From: Phoronis australis
Lineage: Eukaryota > Animalia > Phoronida
Assembly (NCBI GenBank): GCA_002633005.1
Contig: NMRA01000067.1
Span: 92,752-156,751 of the forward strand
Reading direction: 5' to 3'
DNA: 64,000 nt
The notes beneath the pieces were generated by a model, which saw nothing but the letters and a program-made list of their open reading frames with translations, was not told the origin of the DNA and did no database searches. The position numbers and the translations under genes were made by a program. This document shows, one piece after another, positions 62,801-64,000 of the stretch. The number at the start of each line of letters is the position of its first letter. Positions within the stretch are counted from its first letter, which is position 1.

Positions 62801-64000
62801 ATGCAACCAAAGACGCTTCATTAGACATGTCACTTAACATTATCAGATGGCTTTAAAATGCCAGTCTTACATAAGAGAAAGACAAAGGCTGAAGGTCCAG
62901 GACAGACAATTTCCTTGGAGAGGAGGGGGTCAGGGTGCAAAAGAACTTGACTGGTAAAGATTAACCAGACTAAAATGATCTCTTCATTCTGAAATAAGAA
63001 ATTATGATTGAGGTACACAGGAGTCATTTAAGAAAACTGTCATCATGGATTAATTGACCAACAGGGACTCAAGTCTATAGGCCAATTGAAAGATCCTATG
63101 GGATACATTTTTTCTGACCTTAACAAATTTGTTTTTTTGAGAACAGCATCTTTTTCAAGTCATTTTGTCTATTACATGACAGGTGATTGGCAAAGGACTT
63201 GTTGTTTCAGACTGGGCGTACCCCTCTAGATTAGATCCTATTCCAAACACCTTGTTCAAGAATGGCATTATCCTCAACACACTGAGTAAAAAATGAAGTA
63301 TTGCAGTGCACTAGAAACACATTGCCCCAACAAGAGTTGTCAACAAGAATTTAAGTTGGAATTTCAAAATGTAAACACATGCAGTGGTACAACTCTGTTG
63401 AACAGTGTGTTCCTGGGTTAATGAGTTTGTTGAAATAACAAAACTAAAGAGAACACATTCAACAGTTGCAGAAACAGTGGATTTCAATGGTAAATTTTAT
63501 TGTTCATGACAGTCAGTTGGCAAGGTTAATGCCAAGATTTCCATGTTGGCTGTTAAGGCACAAATACAATAAAGCATTTTGACAGCGTCCAAACAACTAC
63601 CAAAAGATTTCAACACTAGTTTGTTTTGAGTTAGTATTTGAATCACAAACAGACGATTATCCTAATAGCGGGTATTCATCAGTACCAACAAAACCACCTA
63701 GAAACAAAAACAGGCCATTATCTAAAATTTCCAAACAAAAAATACACCAAGTCAAAAATTCAACCCAATCTTTCAAAGCTCACCAGCAAGAGGGACTAGT
63801 CTTTTCCACCAGATCAGAATATGATTGATTTTCATCAAACAGTACAAACCCATTGACAAATGCAACGCTGTCACTTTCAAATTACCAGCAAGGATTAGCC
63901 TATATATCTACTGATGACAGGTTGCAGCAAATGGTTGACTTTGTAGTAACAATAATTACTGTCAGTGTGTACTCTAATTCTCTAGTAGGAATGACAGAAA

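Noticed and set aside
38000-64000. Numerous 60-120 aa ORFs in the ORF track
   Set aside because: Random-like composition, many non-ATG starts, and no domains or consistent splice chains.

Overview
AT-rich, intron-rich animal genomic DNA. It is probably a lophotrochozoan invertebrate such as a mollusc, but that is an inference. Two convergent spliced genes were reconstructed by hand, each with GT-AG introns and consistent phases. (1) A ZDHHC23-type DHHC palmitoyltransferase on + has 5 coding exons (676-17307; 1305 nt, 434 aa). (2) A Kirrel/NEPH/SYG-1/IrreC-rst-type receptor on - has 5 Ig domains, a TM helix, a Tyr/Gly/Pro-rich tail and a C-terminal PDZ motif STNV*. It has 11 exons (37457-23289); the start/signal-peptide exon was not found, so 37.5-64 kb is probably a very large 5' intron. 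The introns carry many non-autonomous TIR elements/MITEs, a decayed R1/LOA-like LINE RT fragment and several minisatellites. Two near-identical duplications abut single N bases (5297, 54393) and are most likely haplotype overlaps in the assembly; one exposes a filled/empty transposon insertion site. I found no prokaryotic-type system (CRISPR etc.) and no convincing novel protein-coding system. The best leads are regulatory or structural oddities.
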